DNA of 64,000 nucleotides from the NCBI GenBank assembly GCA_024674815.1, contig GCA_024674815.1_4104.1, one strand, 5' to 3'. The DNA comes from a phage. How positions within the stretch are numbered: the stretch's first letter is position 1; each line of letters begins with the position of its first letter. The notes under the pieces are model-generated. The model was not told the DNA's origin and ran no database searches. It was given only the letters and a program-made list of their open reading frames with translations. The position numbers were made by a program, and so were the translations under genes. This document shows positions 51,287 to 61,534 of the stretch, piece after piece.

Positions 51287-51845
51287 TATTATCCTTCAAT
51301 GTGTAGTGTAGTACATCTAAAAAGTTATACATTGATTCATTACGCACAACCTTGATTGTTAAATTACGACAACCCAACATACGTTTGAGGCGACGCTTCA
51401 CCGCAGTTAAATCATGTGTACTATTCGTATACAGACCATTAACCTGACCTGGAACAGTTGGCACATGAAGAATGTAATCATAATTCATTAGTAAGCGTTG
51501 ATTATATTTCTTTAATGCTTGCTTGTATTCTGAAATATTTTCAAAGAATGTACAATAACGGTCGTAACGATTCATTTTATTCAAAATTGAAATACGAAAA
51601 GCGTTACCACTATTCCAATCATCTTCAGTTGGGTTTGGGTTGATATGTGCCATGTTAGCTGTACTGTACCCACCACTTGTGAAAACTTCAGAATATCCAT
51701 TCTCAAAAACATACAATGTTGCTTTGTGGCCTCTGAATTCTTTACGGTACTTTGACAGTACTTGGATGTGATTACGCTTGGACTTGTACATTTCGTAACC
51801 TTCATAATCTGAACTGAATTCACAAATTTTATCAACACCAGCCAT
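51273..51845 (-). CDS. hypothetical protein
   Basis: 190-aa ORF. Confidence 0.65.
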   Translation of the reverse strand: MAGVDKICEFSSDYEGYEMYKSKRNHIQVLSKYRKEFRGHKATLYVFENGYSEVFTSGGYSTANMAHINPNPTEDDWNSGNAFRISILNKMNRYDRYCTFFENISEYKQALKKYNQRLLMNYDYILHVPTVPGQVNGLYTNSTHDLTAVKRRLKRMLGCRNLTIKVVRNESMYNFLDVLHYTLKDNNGND

Positions 51846-52045
51846 TTCGTATATCCTCGTTTAATTAATATAGGAGTATTATACATACTCCATTTTCATG
51901 TGTCAAGCTTTATAATACGGAAGACTTTTTACTAAAGATTCAGACGTATTATTTTTTACCCATGTGCTACCGTTGTCATTAGATACGTATCCAGTACCAT
52001 TAATAAATTTACGCATAATACCAGTAAAAATATTAGTATACACCA

Positions 52046-52243
52046 TTACTCAGTATCCTTTGGTTTAGAATGTAAACCATACTTTTCATCATAACGATCA
52101 TAGGTAGTACCATTAGTACTAGCTTTGATGCTTTCAGTACGATTGATTGGTTCAATCTTAACACCACGATAACCAATCTCTTCTTTAAATTGTTCCCATG
52201 ATTCACGTAAACTCATTTTAGCCCCTTTTGTTATTTCATACAC
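52046..52243 (-). CDS. hypothetical protein
   Basis: 65-aa ORF. Confidence 0.45.
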   Translation of the reverse strand: MYEITKGAKMSLRESWEQFKEEIGYRGVKIEPINRTESIKASTNGTTYDRYDEKYGLHSKPKDTE

Positions 52244-52376
52244 TCACGTAGGTCAATCTTTTCTACTGACCCACCGAGCACTAGATAGTGAAAATTAGAA
52301 TCTTTGTTTGCCATATTCAAAAGATCTGCTTTCTGTTGAAGCGTAAAGCGTGAAGTACTGTTACGTACTGGCATAG

Positions 52377-52820
52377 TTACTCCTTAAAGTAGATATCACG
52401 AATTTGTTTAATCATCTCTAACTCTTGAAGTCCTATCATACCAAAGTTTTCTTGCACTGTCAACTGTTGGAAGTACATTTCCTCTAAATTATTATAAGGA
52501 ATATCCACTAATGATAAAGGAACACTTTCACCACGGTATAGCAGATCTTCAACGAAAAGTTTTAAAATCATGATAGAAAATGAATCTTTTTGGATATGAA
52601 ATTTGTAAAATGTTTGGTTAGTACTGAACATTGTATTTGATGGATTGAAACCCATTTCAACAAATACTGTATCTTTATCATTATGTTTGAAATATGTACA
52701 TCTTGAATTCGCAAGAACTTTAGATTTTGGGAAATAAAAATCACCCATCAACTTCTGTCGTTTCCAATCCTCGTATACAACTGGATGCTTAACCTTCTTC
52801 AATTGGTGCAGTACTGTCAT
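52377..52820 (-). CDS. EE-FQ-S motif family paralog
   Basis: C-terminal LEEMYFQQLTVQEN. Confidence 0.65.
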   Translation of the reverse strand: MTVLHQLKKVKHPVVYEDWKRQKLMGDFYFPKSKVLANSRCTYFKHNDKDTVFVEMGFNPSNTMFSTNQTFYKFHIQKDSFSIMILKLFVEDLLYRGESVPLSLVDIPYNNLEEMYFQQLTVQENFGMIGLQELEMIKQIRDIYFKE

Positions 52821-53200
52821 AGTTTTTTCCAGTCCAATGAATCGAAATCGATTTGCTCAGGATTATCAACAGCGACAACTCGTGCATTATGAAGAGTTTC
52901 AAAGTAGCCGTTCCACGGTGTTCGTACTGGAATTTTTTTATCTCCAATTTTTACAAAGAAAGAGAATTCACATGACATTGGATCAAACCATTCTTTATGT
53001 TTGGCTTCATCGATTATTGTCGCACGTTCGTTACTATATGCATCATCGAGTTTCTTAAAGAATACCCAATGCTCTTTCAAAGACTGTAATGCTACAACTG
53101 CCTCATCCTTTGATTCCCATTGAACATCCAATGTATTGGTAACTGAATCTTCAGTTTCAGTGTCCCCTGTAGTGTAATGTACTTCAATGCTGTATTTCAT
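52817..53200 (-). CDS. hypothetical protein
   Basis: 127-aa ORF. Confidence 0.6.
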   Translation of the reverse strand: MKYSIEVHYTTGDTETEDSVTNTLDVQWESKDEAVVALQSLKEHWVFFKKLDDAYSNERATIIDEAKHKEWFDPMSCEFSFFVKIGDKKIPVRTPWNGYFETLHNARVVAVDNPEQIDFDSLDWKKL

Positions 53201-53655
53201 TAATCATCACCTTTTAGTAATTTACAAATTTCAATCATATGATAATAACATGTATTCCAAAATTGTCCATTAGTACTTCCAACATCATGCACTGTACTTT
53301 GCTGGAACACATATTCATCGTTGAACATCATTTTAATATCATCAATGTAAAATTCTGGTTTTGAATCATTATTGTATTCAATACTCGTTTCACCATCTGG
53401 ATCAAGTGAAATTGATGATATGTCGTGAATTCCTCTCGGATTTGTTGGATAAATTCTCAACGTAAGAGGATAGAAGTCTGGATCGGTTTCATAAGTATAT
53501 TCGATTATGTAATAACCATCACCAGTAATTGATTGATATTTAAATGTAGTTTCAATTGAATTTGAGATGTTAAATCCCAGTTTCTTTATCTCATGTAGAT
53601 GTGATAATATTTTATGTAAAGATCCTAAAACATGAATCAAATTATCAATTTTCAT
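53200..53655 (-). CDS. EE-FQ-S motif family paralog
   Basis: C-terminal NDEYVFQQSTVHDVG. Confidence 0.65.
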   Translation of the reverse strand: MKIDNLIHVLGSLHKILSHLHEIKKLGFNISNSIETTFKYQSITGDGYYIIEYTYETDPDFYPLTLRIYPTNPRGIHDISSISLDPDGETSIEYNNDSKPEFYIDDIKMMFNDEYVFQQSTVHDVGSTNGQFWNTCYYHMIEICKLLKGDD

Positions 53656-54194
53656 TTACGATCCTTTGAAAAGTTCAGTTTAAAAGTTTTACCAAATTCC
53701 ATTGTAGCTTTACCCAGATTGTTAATATTTTCTTTCAACATTTCTTGCATCTTCCTAATACTTTCAATCCAGGCTTCTTCTTCGATACGAAGAATTGGTC
53801 GCAATCGTTCCTGAATATCGTTAAAACGTGTATTGAGTTCAACCAATGATTCATATGTGAAATCTTTCATATCGATAATAGTACTTCTTTGAAAGAATTC
53901 TTCTTCAGACAAATTACTTAAAATGATTTTATCACGACCAATAGATAATGTCAATTCATCATCTTTATTTTTTTTAATTACAATACTAATAGGTGTTTTT
54001 AATGTAATGCAAATATCATGATTATTAAATGTTTCAGTTTGGTTTGACATTCTGAATTGAAGTTTCCCAGATAAAGCATGTACTGGTGATGGTTGCTTTT
54101 TACCCGTAATAACATCTTCCCATGAATCGAGAATATTATTAATAATTTTAACATAAGGAATTGGCATATATGCACCTGTGAAAAATCCACGCAA
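53652..54194 (-). CDS. EE-FQ-S motif family paralog with C-terminal extension
   Basis: SEEEFFQRSTIIDMKD followed by ~60 extra residues. Confidence 0.65.
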   Translation of the reverse strand: MRGFFTGAYMPIPYVKIINNILDSWEDVITGKKQPSPVHALSGKLQFRMSNQTETFNNHDICITLKTPISIVIKKNKDDELTLSIGRDKIILSNLSEEEFFQRSTIIDMKDFTYESLVELNTRFNDIQERLRPILRIEEEAWIESIRKMQEMLKENINNLGKATMEFGKTFKLNFSKDRK

Positions 54195-54209
54195 TGCGTG
54201 GATTTGTAA

Positions 54210-54740
54210 TTATTCAAGTATAGTAATTTCAATTAAACGAATTTCGATAAACTCGTTTTCAGTTTCCCATGACGTGCCAAATTTCTTTTCAAGTTCAGAT
54301 TTCACATCACTTTTAAATTTTCCCATAGTATTAGGAATAATTTGTTTGGTTAATTTGTCGTAACCACAATAAAACATAGGTTTCTCCCTTCGAGATATTA
54401 GCTGAACAAAATCTTTTGGATATGCAGGTATGTTATGCATCACTTCATGAATACACTCAGTACTTGAATCTTGTACTTTGTACATTACATTAAGTTTACC
54501 TCTGAAATTTGCGGTCATATCAACAATAGTTCCTTTACCCGATTTAAGTAAAGTTCCATTCTTTGAATGAGAGCAATAAAATACCTCATCACCAATATTA
54601 GGATAATACAAATTAAATTCTAATTCAGATTTTACAGCCAGCCGTTTGAAACTTTCTGTACGTTTTATATAAGTTTGGTATTTGTTTATGTTCAAAAGAA
54701 TATCTCTCTTAGTAAATGTGATATAACTGGCATAGTCCAT
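54210..54740 (-). CDS. hypothetical protein (start overlaps methyltransferase 3' end)
   Basis: 176-aa ORF, 49-bp overlap with 54692..55552. Confidence 0.55.
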   Translation of the reverse strand: MDYASYITFTKRDILLNINKYQTYIKRTESFKRLAVKSELEFNLYYPNIGDEVFYCSHSKNGTLLKSGKGTIVDMTANFRGKLNVMYKVQDSSTECIHEVMHNIPAYPKDFVQLISRREKPMFYCGYDKLTKQIIPNTMGKFKSDVKSELEKKFGTSWETENEFIEIRLIEITILE

Positions 54741-55552
54741 CCATTCCCAAGCATTTTGTATGCTTGTGTCTTACTAGACACTTTAAAGAAATCTTCAGGA
54801 ACACCCTGTAATTTACAACATTCTACTACACTTAAGTGTCTATAGTCAATATTTCTTTTGCCATTCTCTAATAGATATTGACGACTGATCACTGGGTCAC
54901 GAAACACCAATTGTCGTCTGGATTTATTAAAGTACTGGTTACAATCACCACCTTTAAAATAGTTAGCATCTATACAGTACGAAGCGGTTCTGTCAGTGTA
55001 CCAACCATCTTCAATAATATCTTGAAGTTTAGGTGCATTGGATAATGCAGGTGGTATAAAAAGCTTATCAGTACTGTACCAGTAATATCTCTGCCTGAAG
55101 TGAGGCGTATAATGCTGGGAGTTTATCAGTACTGGCGTGATTCCTAAAATACTATTAATGTATTCTTTGAAATCTTCCTTCATTTTAACATTTTCAAACA
55201 GAAATTTCAAGTTAGGATTGAGACTTTTGATATGATCAAAAATTTCAACCATTACTAAAAATAACTGCCCACGTATATCATTTAAACCACCCTGTTTACC
55301 TGCAACTGACCAGGCTTGACATGGGAAACCACCCATTAATAAATCTATTTTATCCCACTCAATATCCCATTCTCTCCACTTAGTTACATCACCCAATTGG
55401 ATAATATCAGGAAAGTTAGCTTGAGATTCAGCTATTGCGTACTTGTCAATTTCGGATGAATAATATTTTTCAACTGGGATACCAGCATCTTGCAATGCCA
55501 TATATCCCACACTCATTCCATTAAAAAGAGAAAGTACTCGGATAGGTTTCAT
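54692..55552 (-). CDS. DNA (cytosine-5)-methyltransferase
   Basis: Motif I LFNGMSVG; catalytic GFPCQAWS; ENV; C-terminal GNGWT. Confidence 0.9.
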   Translation of the reverse strand: MKPIRVLSLFNGMSVGYMALQDAGIPVEKYYSSEIDKYAIAESQANFPDIIQLGDVTKWREWDIEWDKIDLLMGGFPCQAWSVAGKQGGLNDIRGQLFLVMVEIFDHIKSLNPNLKFLFENVKMKEDFKEYINSILGITPVLINSQHYTPHFRQRYYWYSTDKLFIPPALSNAPKLQDIIEDGWYTDRTASYCIDANYFKGGDCNQYFNKSRRQLVFRDPVISRQYLLENGKRNIDYRHLSVVECCKLQGVPEDFFKVSSKTQAYKMLGNGWTMPVISHLLREIFF

Positions 55553-55604
55553 ATAAAATCCTTTTTATATTGTTAAGGTACTATAATATATTATAGCATC
55601 TTAT

Positions 55605-55895
55605 TTAGAAATCTTCCAAACTTTTTTCATCACACCATCGTGATGTACAGATGATTGCAGATGCCAGAATTGAAGCACTTGCACGTCCTCCACCGAGTAA
55701 GTACTGGCTAATTACGCCAATCATATTGAACACTTTATCATACTCGGTTAGTTGTTCAAAACCTTTCTTCCAATGCTCATATTCTTCTTCTGTGACATTA
55801 AACTCACCATCAAGTTCCTTTAAAATCTTTTTAAGCACATCACTATGTTCACTCATCATCATCTCCATATCGTTCGTCATAAAAATCATCATCAC
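55605..55895 (-). CDS. hypothetical protein
   Basis: 96-aa ORF. Confidence 0.55.
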   Translation of the reverse strand: MMMIFMTNDMEMMMSEHSDVLKKILKELDGEFNVTEEEYEHWKKGFEQLTEYDKVFNMIGVISQYLLGGGRASASILASAIICTSRWCDEKSLEDF

Positions 55896-55934
55896 GATCT
55901 AATGGTTCTTTTGGCTTTTCAGACATATATTTCC

Positions 55935-56195
55935 TCACATGGTAAAGGTATTATCACCATCCATATCTTCATCAGTTGCTTCAGCTAATGTCTTGATTGT
56001 AAGTAATCCACGCTTCACGTACAACATGAAGACCTTTTCATAATTACCAAACATAATCTCAGGTGACATGTAATTCTCTGTTACAATGACGATTGGACGG
56101 CCCTGTGAAAGCATACGAAACATAGTACGATATTTGTCAAATGTGCGAAATTCATCCATGTTCATCATGTGGCGTTTACGAACTACTTTAGTCAT
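55935..56195 (-). CDS. hypothetical protein
   Basis: 86-aa ORF. Confidence 0.55.
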   Translation of the reverse strand: MTKVVRKRHMMNMDEFRTFDKYRTMFRMLSQGRPIVIVTENYMSPEIMFGNYEKVFMLYVKRGLLTIKTLAEATDEDMDGDNTFTM

Positions 56196-56209
56196 CTTAT
56201 TACCTTTAG

Positions 56210-56650
56210 TTAATTGAACTCTACTTCTGGATAATGATTATAGAACATCTCACGAACTGCGTCAAGATGTTCTTGAAATTGTTTTATATCTTCTAATGAT
56301 GGTGCATCAATAACAGTACTAAGTTGAAACAACGATTCTTCTGTGTTATATAGTGACATATCAAATGAATTATTGTTGTCATCAGTTATGATATTATCAC
56401 AAATTTCGTAAGTGTCAATACAAACATCATCAAGTGTTGTATTATCATATACAGTGTATACGAATACAAAAATAAAAGAAGAATGTTCTTTACCATAACG
56501 CGGTGGGTCATATGTCACATAGCATTTGTGGTCAAATGTATCGAGTTCCATAGACACCACCCCAGCTTCACGATATTCATTAGTTTCACTGGTAAGATCC
56601 GGTATTGATGTTATCGAAAGTAAGTGGAGAAATTTACTTGGATTTAGCAT
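56210..56650 (-). CDS. EE-FQ-S motif family paralog
   Basis: C-terminal TEESLFQLSTVIDAPSLEDI. Confidence 0.65.
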   Translation of the reverse strand: MLNPSKFLHLLSITSIPDLTSETNEYREAGVVSMELDTFDHKCYVTYDPPRYGKEHSSFIFVFVYTVYDNTTLDDVCIDTYEICDNIITDDNNNSFDMSLYNTEESLFQLSTVIDAPSLEDIKQFQEHLDAVREMFYNHYPEVEFN

Positions 56651-57105
56651 TTCACCACCATTGGATTTTGCGACTGTATATTAAAAAGGGATAATACAAA
56701 AGTACTCAATTTTTCGAAACAATCTACTAATACATTTAACTCATCATAACTAACACCAATTTCACGAATAAGCGATTGTTGAAAGAATCCTTCTTCGGTT
56801 AACGTTAAACTACTAACCTCAGTTATGTTATAATAACTTTGGGATGTTGTGGTTGATATTAGTTGTATTGCAATCGTATCTGATGTTGTGTTGTACAGAT
56901 ATAAATATTTTGTTTTTCTTTCCAATGGATCTATACATGAAAGATCGATCATGTCATAGGTTTTTCCAATAAAAATATTACAATCATCTGACAATTCACA
57001 ACAAATGCGTATATGTTCTTTCGGGTCATGAACACGTTGTGTGTCAAATTCACATGACATTGCAATTTCAAAATGATTTTTTATTTCGTCAACATTCATC
57101 CGCAC
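56644..57105 (-). CDS. EE-FQ-S motif family paralog
   Basis: C-terminal TEEGFFQQSLIREIGVSYDE. Confidence 0.65.
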   Translation of the reverse strand: MRMNVDEIKNHFEIAMSCEFDTQRVHDPKEHIRICCELSDDCNIFIGKTYDMIDLSCIDPLERKTKYLYLYNTTSDTIAIQLISTTTSQSYYNITEVSSLTLTEEGFFQQSLIREIGVSYDELNVLVDCFEKLSTFVLSLFNIQSQNPMVVKC

Positions 57106-57473
57106 CCACCATTAATTCTTATATTTGTATAGTTTAATGCTTTTTTAATAATACCAATTTCTGTAATTCCTATTACATTTTTCTCAATCAATGACAATTG
57201 GAATAGTTCCTCTTCGGAAATATCAATACTGTGGATTCTTGTACAATAATCGTTGAAGTCATATACATATCGTATTGTATAGTCGTTTATAGAAACTGAT
57301 ACAATTGCAATCCCATCATGGATGTAAGTTAGTTCATTTGAGTATCTATTAAAAATTAACCTATCTGGTGAACCTATTGGTAGTTGAAATGTATTTCTAG
57401 TATCTTGAACAATAACAAAATCATCATCTATATTTCTACTCAGAACACCCAAAATATCATATATAGTAGACAT
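57096..57473 (-). CDS. EE-FQ-S motif family paralog
   Basis: C-terminal SEEELFQLSLIEKNVIGIT. Confidence 0.65.
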   Translation of the reverse strand: MSTIYDILGVLSRNIDDDFVIVQDTRNTFQLPIGSPDRLIFNRYSNELTYIHDGIAIVSVSINDYTIRYVYDFNDYCTRIHSIDISEEELFQLSLIEKNVIGITEIGIIKKALNYTNIRINGGCG

Positions 57474-57474
57474 G

Positions 57475-57879
57475 TTATTCTTTACCTTCAGCAGTTCTGA
57501 TAATTTTCATAACTTCTCTGGATAGTGCGTATATTTTTTTATAGTACTCAAATGTAACTGAACCAAAATCATTAATAGTACTAGCCATGAAGAACGATTC
57601 TTCTGTATATAGTTCATTTGACAAAGCAACCAGTTCTTGGTGAAATTTTGCGTCCTTCCAATAACGAAATTCAAAAACAAATTGTCCGTCATGACCGACT
57701 CTACAACATTCAGAACGATCACTGTCTACACAGCTAAACACAATATCCCTTTCAGAGTCGTACCAGATATTTCCAATATTTGTTTCAATAACAGCATAAT
57801 CAATTTTTTTAGAATTTGGAATTAAACCTTTTTTCACCAGCACTAAACTGGTATTATCAATATCTAGTAAACTTACCAT
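57475..57879 (-). CDS. EE-FQ-S motif family paralog
   Basis: C-terminal TEESFFMASTINDFGSVT. Confidence 0.65.
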   Translation of the reverse strand: MVSLLDIDNTSLVLVKKGLIPNSKKIDYAVIETNIGNIWYDSERDIVFSCVDSDRSECCRVGHDGQFVFEFRYWKDAKFHQELVALSNELYTEESFFMASTINDFGSVTFEYYKKIYALSREVMKIIRTAEGKE

Positions 57880-57880
57880 A

Positions 57881-58291
57881 TCAATTCCCCATTACTAAAG
57901 TGTTTTTAATCTCCAACAATTCACTATACATATTCTTCAATTGTAATATATCTTCAAAAGTAATACCACCAAGATCATCAACTAATGAACGTTGGAATAA
58001 AGATTCACTTGTTTGTAATGTATCTAAATCGGTGATTTTTAATAAAGAACTTGGATTAAGTGTTTCGACTAGTAGTATGTTTTTGTATGGTACATATGTG
58101 ATCTTGATGTTCTTTTTATAATTAATCTTATAAAATCGCATAATTGACGATTCATCACTTAGTTGGATAATTGGGTCGTCTTGTTCATTAGACCACCATA
58201 CAGTACTAGTCATATGATTGACGTGGTGGTTCAATTCTGATATGTCCAAATCTAAAAAATATTTTAGTTCATTGTGTAAATCTAAACTCAT
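57881..58291 (-). CDS. EE-FQ-S motif family paralog
   Basis: C-terminal TSESLFQRSLVDDLGGITFED. Confidence 0.65.
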   Translation of the reverse strand: MSLDLHNELKYFLDLDISELNHHVNHMTSTVWWSNEQDDPIIQLSDESSIMRFYKINYKKNIKITYVPYKNILLVETLNPSSLLKITDLDTLQTSESLFQRSLVDDLGGITFEDILQLKNMYSELLEIKNTLVMGN

Positions 58292-58346
58292 AAATTTATC
58301 CTCAATGCAGCATCATCATGTATTGTAGGATAAACCCACAATAATG

Positions 58347-58742
58347 TCAAGATGTGAAATAATTATACCAGTAATATAGTTCTTTTAATTCTTCAGTACT
58401 GAACAATACTTCTTCTATTGTAGATTGTTGAAAGTGATATTCATCATTTAGATACATAGAAATATTACTATATACTTTCCTATTGTATTGACATAAAAAA
58501 GAAGTTTTTTGATTAATGTATTCAGTAAATGTTAATTTATCTAACTCAATATCGAATGATAATTTAATAATATGACTATTATCATTTACATACATTAGTT
58601 TCTTTGAAAAATGATCAATTGTAATATATTCTTTATGAGAGAACTGAAATATATTATTAAATTTATTACCATTTGTGCTTCTAAATTTTTCAAGGTAATA
58701 AGAAAGTGGTTTAATTATTGAAGTTCCAATATTGTTCTTCAT
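58347..58742 (-). CDS. EE-FQ-S motif family paralog
   Basis: C-terminal NDEYHFQQSTIEEV. Confidence 0.65.
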   Translation of the reverse strand: MKNNIGTSIIKPLSYYLEKFRSTNGNKFNNIFQFSHKEYITIDHFSKKLMYVNDNSHIIKLSFDIELDKLTFTEYINQKTSFLCQYNRKVYSNISMYLNDEYHFQQSTIEEVLFSTEELKELYYWYNYFTS

Positions 58743-58769
58743 ATATCCTCAATTTTAGATAAGAAAAAT

Positions 58770-58786
58770 GCCCCGAAGATCGGGGC
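58770..58786 (-). terminator. Rho-independent terminator
   Basis: gccccgaagatcggggc hairpin with U-run on minus strand. Confidence 0.6.
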
Positions 58787-58902
58787 AGTACTAAAATGAT
58801 TTTGTACCAAAAGGGGAATAAGAACAAAATGAAAATATAATAACGCATCATTATTATGTAAGGGAGGAAAGTAACATGATATGTTAACCATTTCTGGTAT
58901 AT

Positions 58903-59454
58903 TTATTTATCATTTAATTCTTTAAGTTGGGTTTGTATATCTTTAGTTATATTTCGAATTTTCTTAAAGCAATAAACACTATCGTCCAATTCGATTTTAA
59001 GTTCATGTGTAAATGCATACAGAAGTTCAGCAAATACTAAATCTTGACGCATCCAGTTTCCATCTTTATATAAAGTCATTACACAATATGGGCATTCACT
59101 ATTAGAAGTTTGCTTTCCAATAAAAACACTTTGAATTGATTCATGCTTAAAGCCAATAAAACTTTCATTTATTTTTTTAATTTCAGTACTGATATCGAAT
59201 TTAGCACTGGTGTTGATTGCAAAAATTTTATTCCCACTTTCATCAGTATTGATATTGAGTTCAATATCACTACCTAGTTTACGTACTGCTAGAGTATAAA
59301 GAAGTAATTCATACATGTCGTAACTTGTTACATTACCATTTGGTGCAATTACATCAACACTAACACCGTGCATTTTTACTTCTGTATTAAATCCATCTTT
59401 ATCAGAAAGAAAATCAGTGATTTGCTTTGTAAGGATTTTAATTTGGTCTATCAT
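58903..59454 (-). CDS. hypothetical protein
   Basis: 183-aa ORF. Confidence 0.65.
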   Translation of the reverse strand: MIDQIKILTKQITDFLSDKDGFNTEVKMHGVSVDVIAPNGNVTSYDMYELLLYTLAVRKLGSDIELNINTDESGNKIFAINTSAKFDISTEIKKINESFIGFKHESIQSVFIGKQTSNSECPYCVMTLYKDGNWMRQDLVFAELLYAFTHELKIELDDSVYCFKKIRNITKDIQTQLKELNDK

Positions 59455-59478
59455 ATTTCATTTCCTTATGTGATAAAA

Positions 59479-59495
59479 GCCTCCATAATGGAGGC
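59479..59495 (-). terminator. Rho-independent terminator
   Basis: gcctccataatggaggc hairpin with U-run on minus strand. Confidence 0.6.
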
Positions 59496-59507
59496 TTTTG
59501 TATTTAC

Positions 59508-59936
59508 TTAGAGAGATTCTTCGTATTCAGCAACAATCTCAACCATTTCATTAATGAACTTGATGTGAGAATGTGTCACTGTACGGAAGTCGTAAACAAG
59601 TGACTGTTGGAAAAATACATCTTCATCAAGAGAACCATCAAAGTTCAAATCAATGTTTTCATCGTCATTGCTTGGTGCAACTTTAATATTCAGAAGATTT
59701 TCATCAACTGCAAGTTTTACAACACAACCCAGTGCAATGGCAAGAACATATGCTGGTTTCTTAGCTTTTTCATTACGGAATGGTGCACGTAGAGCACAAA
59801 AAGTACTGCTAATCTCATCATTTGGTTCTTTGTATTTAACATTGACCATTAGTTCTTCGATTTTGACGCTCTCAATAACACGACCAGTTTCTGGAGCGAA
59901 GAAAGAATGTTCACGGATAGTTTGTTCGATATTCAT
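59508..59936 (-). CDS. EE-FQ-S motif family paralog
   Basis: C-terminal DEDVFFQQSLVYDFRTVT. Confidence 0.65.
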   Translation of the reverse strand: MNIEQTIREHSFFAPETGRVIESVKIEELMVNVKYKEPNDEISSTFCALRAPFRNEKAKKPAYVLAIALGCVVKLAVDENLLNIKVAPSNDDENIDLNFDGSLDEDVFFQQSLVYDFRTVTHSHIKFINEMVEIVAEYEESL

Positions 59937-59939
59937 ATA

Positions 59940-60134
59940 TTATTCCTTATTTAGATTGCTAAAAATACGAAGATTGCGGTTTGCTTTAAACTGTTTCAAA
60001 TCACCAAATCTATCATCAACGATGAAAGTTGCTGATTTCTTTGACTGACATATTGTACAAATCAACATACCTTGTATTGTATACTCAGTTGAGCAATTTG
60101 TACAGTACTTTTTTTCATAAAGTTCAGTACTCAT
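59940..60134 (-). CDS. small zinc-ribbon protein
   Basis: CTNCS...CTIC four-Cys arrangement. Confidence 0.5.
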   Translation of the reverse strand: MSTELYEKKYCTNCSTEYTIQGMLICTICQSKKSATFIVDDRFGDLKQFKANRNLRIFSNLNKE

Positions 60135-60466
60135 AAAACCTTCACATCAGTACGTTTTTCTCTTTGTTCTTTTTTAACCTCATCAGTTCTAGTATCTTCT
60201 AATTGTAACACAACTTCTTTTAGAATGTCAACATCAATTGTTGCTTCTACATATTGATAGTCGTTTACACCAAAAACATACTTTACTGCAACCCATACAC
60301 GGTTATACCATTTTAAAAAAGGATTTAAACGCATACTTATCAGACATTGACCAAGTTTATCATCTCCATATTCCTCTGTCAAGTCAAATTGTGCAATGTG
60401 AACGCAATGCTCCATTTTATCGCCACAAGAACAACGTAAAATATACTCTTTACTATCTTCACTCAT
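60131..60466 (-). CDS. hypothetical protein
   Basis: 111-aa ORF. Confidence 0.55.
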   Translation of the reverse strand: MSEDSKEYILRCSCGDKMEHCVHIAQFDLTEEYGDDKLGQCLISMRLNPFLKWYNRVWVAVKYVFGVNDYQYVEATIDVDILKEVVLQLEDTRTDEVKKEQREKRTDVKVL

Positions 60467-60885
60467 ACTGGATAAGCCTTTAAAAATTGTTTAAGAACTC
60501 CAAACTTAGATGAATCGTAATCGTATTGATAGTTAAGCTCTCGCTTATCATTCATACGATACACCATATGAAAATTTGGATAACCAATTCTAACAGGTTT
60601 TTTAGGATTAGCAAGTAAAATCGCCCATTCTTTTACTGGAAATACGTTTTCAGTCAGCATTTTGATATTTGTTTCAAAATACTTCATGGCTTGCTTTCCG
60701 TGTTTGTAATCTTCTTCACTAATCTCTTGACAATCAATTCTATGTGTTTCGGTATCTAACACCCATTGTTGATCTTCGGTATATAAATCAATTACATCAT
60801 CAATAGTATAACTATCAGGTAAATCATAAAATACCCAATGAGATAAACCAGAACTTACACCAATTCGAATTTTAAAGAACTTCAT
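60463..60885 (-). CDS. hypothetical protein
   Basis: 140-aa ORF. Confidence 0.6.
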   Translation of the reverse strand: MKFFKIRIGVSSGLSHWVFYDLPDSYTIDDVIDLYTEDQQWVLDTETHRIDCQEISEEDYKHGKQAMKYFETNIKMLTENVFPVKEWAILLANPKKPVRIGYPNFHMVYRMNDKRELNYQYDYDSSKFGVLKQFLKAYPV

Positions 60886-61043
60886 TCTTTATCACCTTTT
60901 ACATAATTATAACACACGACACAGTGAATTACAAGAAGAATTATTTCCACAATGTTAAGAGACAATACATGACTCTGCGGTGTGAAAAGTGCCAATAACA
61001 ACATTATAGCAGGTATTGTGAATATTTTCCAAGTTTTTTTCAT
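60882..61043 (-). CDS. small membrane protein (start moved to MKKTWKIF)
   Basis: AAAGGA SD before internal Met; hydrophobic; resolves overlap with 61045..61275. Confidence 0.45.
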   Translation of the reverse strand: MKKTWKIFTIPAIMLLLALFTPQSHVLSLNIVEIILLVIHCVVCYNYVKGDKE

Positions 61044-61044
61044 T

Positions 61045-61275
61045 TTATTCCTTTGTATATGCATATGGTAAAAATAAAACCTCTGCATTAGGAATGCATT
61101 GTGCCAATCCTTCAACAATAGATTTGTTTTTATTACATTGCCAAACTTTAGTAATTTTATGTCTAAATACTTTTTTATCAACGACAATCCAGTACATGTC
61201 CATTTTAACAGTACTGTTATCAGATGGTGTTAGTAAAGTATCGATGTCATATGTATCAAAGATTTTGTCGTTCAT
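61045..61275 (-). CDS. hypothetical protein
   Basis: 76-aa ORF. Confidence 0.45.
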   Translation of the reverse strand: MNDKIFDTYDIDTLLTPSDNSTVKMDMYWIVVDKKVFRHKITKVWQCNKNKSIVEGLAQCIPNAEVLFLPYAYTKE

Positions 61276-61534
61276 ATAATCTCCTAATAAAATATTCTCG
61301 ATTCTCTCTTATATACCCAGATACACAGTTAGTTGTGGCTTGGTTAGTGAATGAAATCTCACTATTGGACACGCCATTTGCATCACACAAAGGACATATT
61401 CCCATGTACTTGGGGGTCGGGTAGGTGTCCAATTTGTATTTTTCATTACACACCATGTACTGCTGTGGCAATACATCTAATATTATTTCATATTCTTCAT
61501 CAAACACCTTGAAGCATACCCAACATTTACCCAT
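61256..61534 (-). CDS. Cys-rich zinc-finger-like protein
   Basis: CWVC...C...CPLC. Confidence 0.5.
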   Translation of the reverse strand: MGKCWVCFKVFDEEYEIILDVLPQQYMVCNEKYKLDTYPTPKYMGICPLCDANGVSNSEISFTNQATTNCVSGYIRENREYFIRRLYERQNL

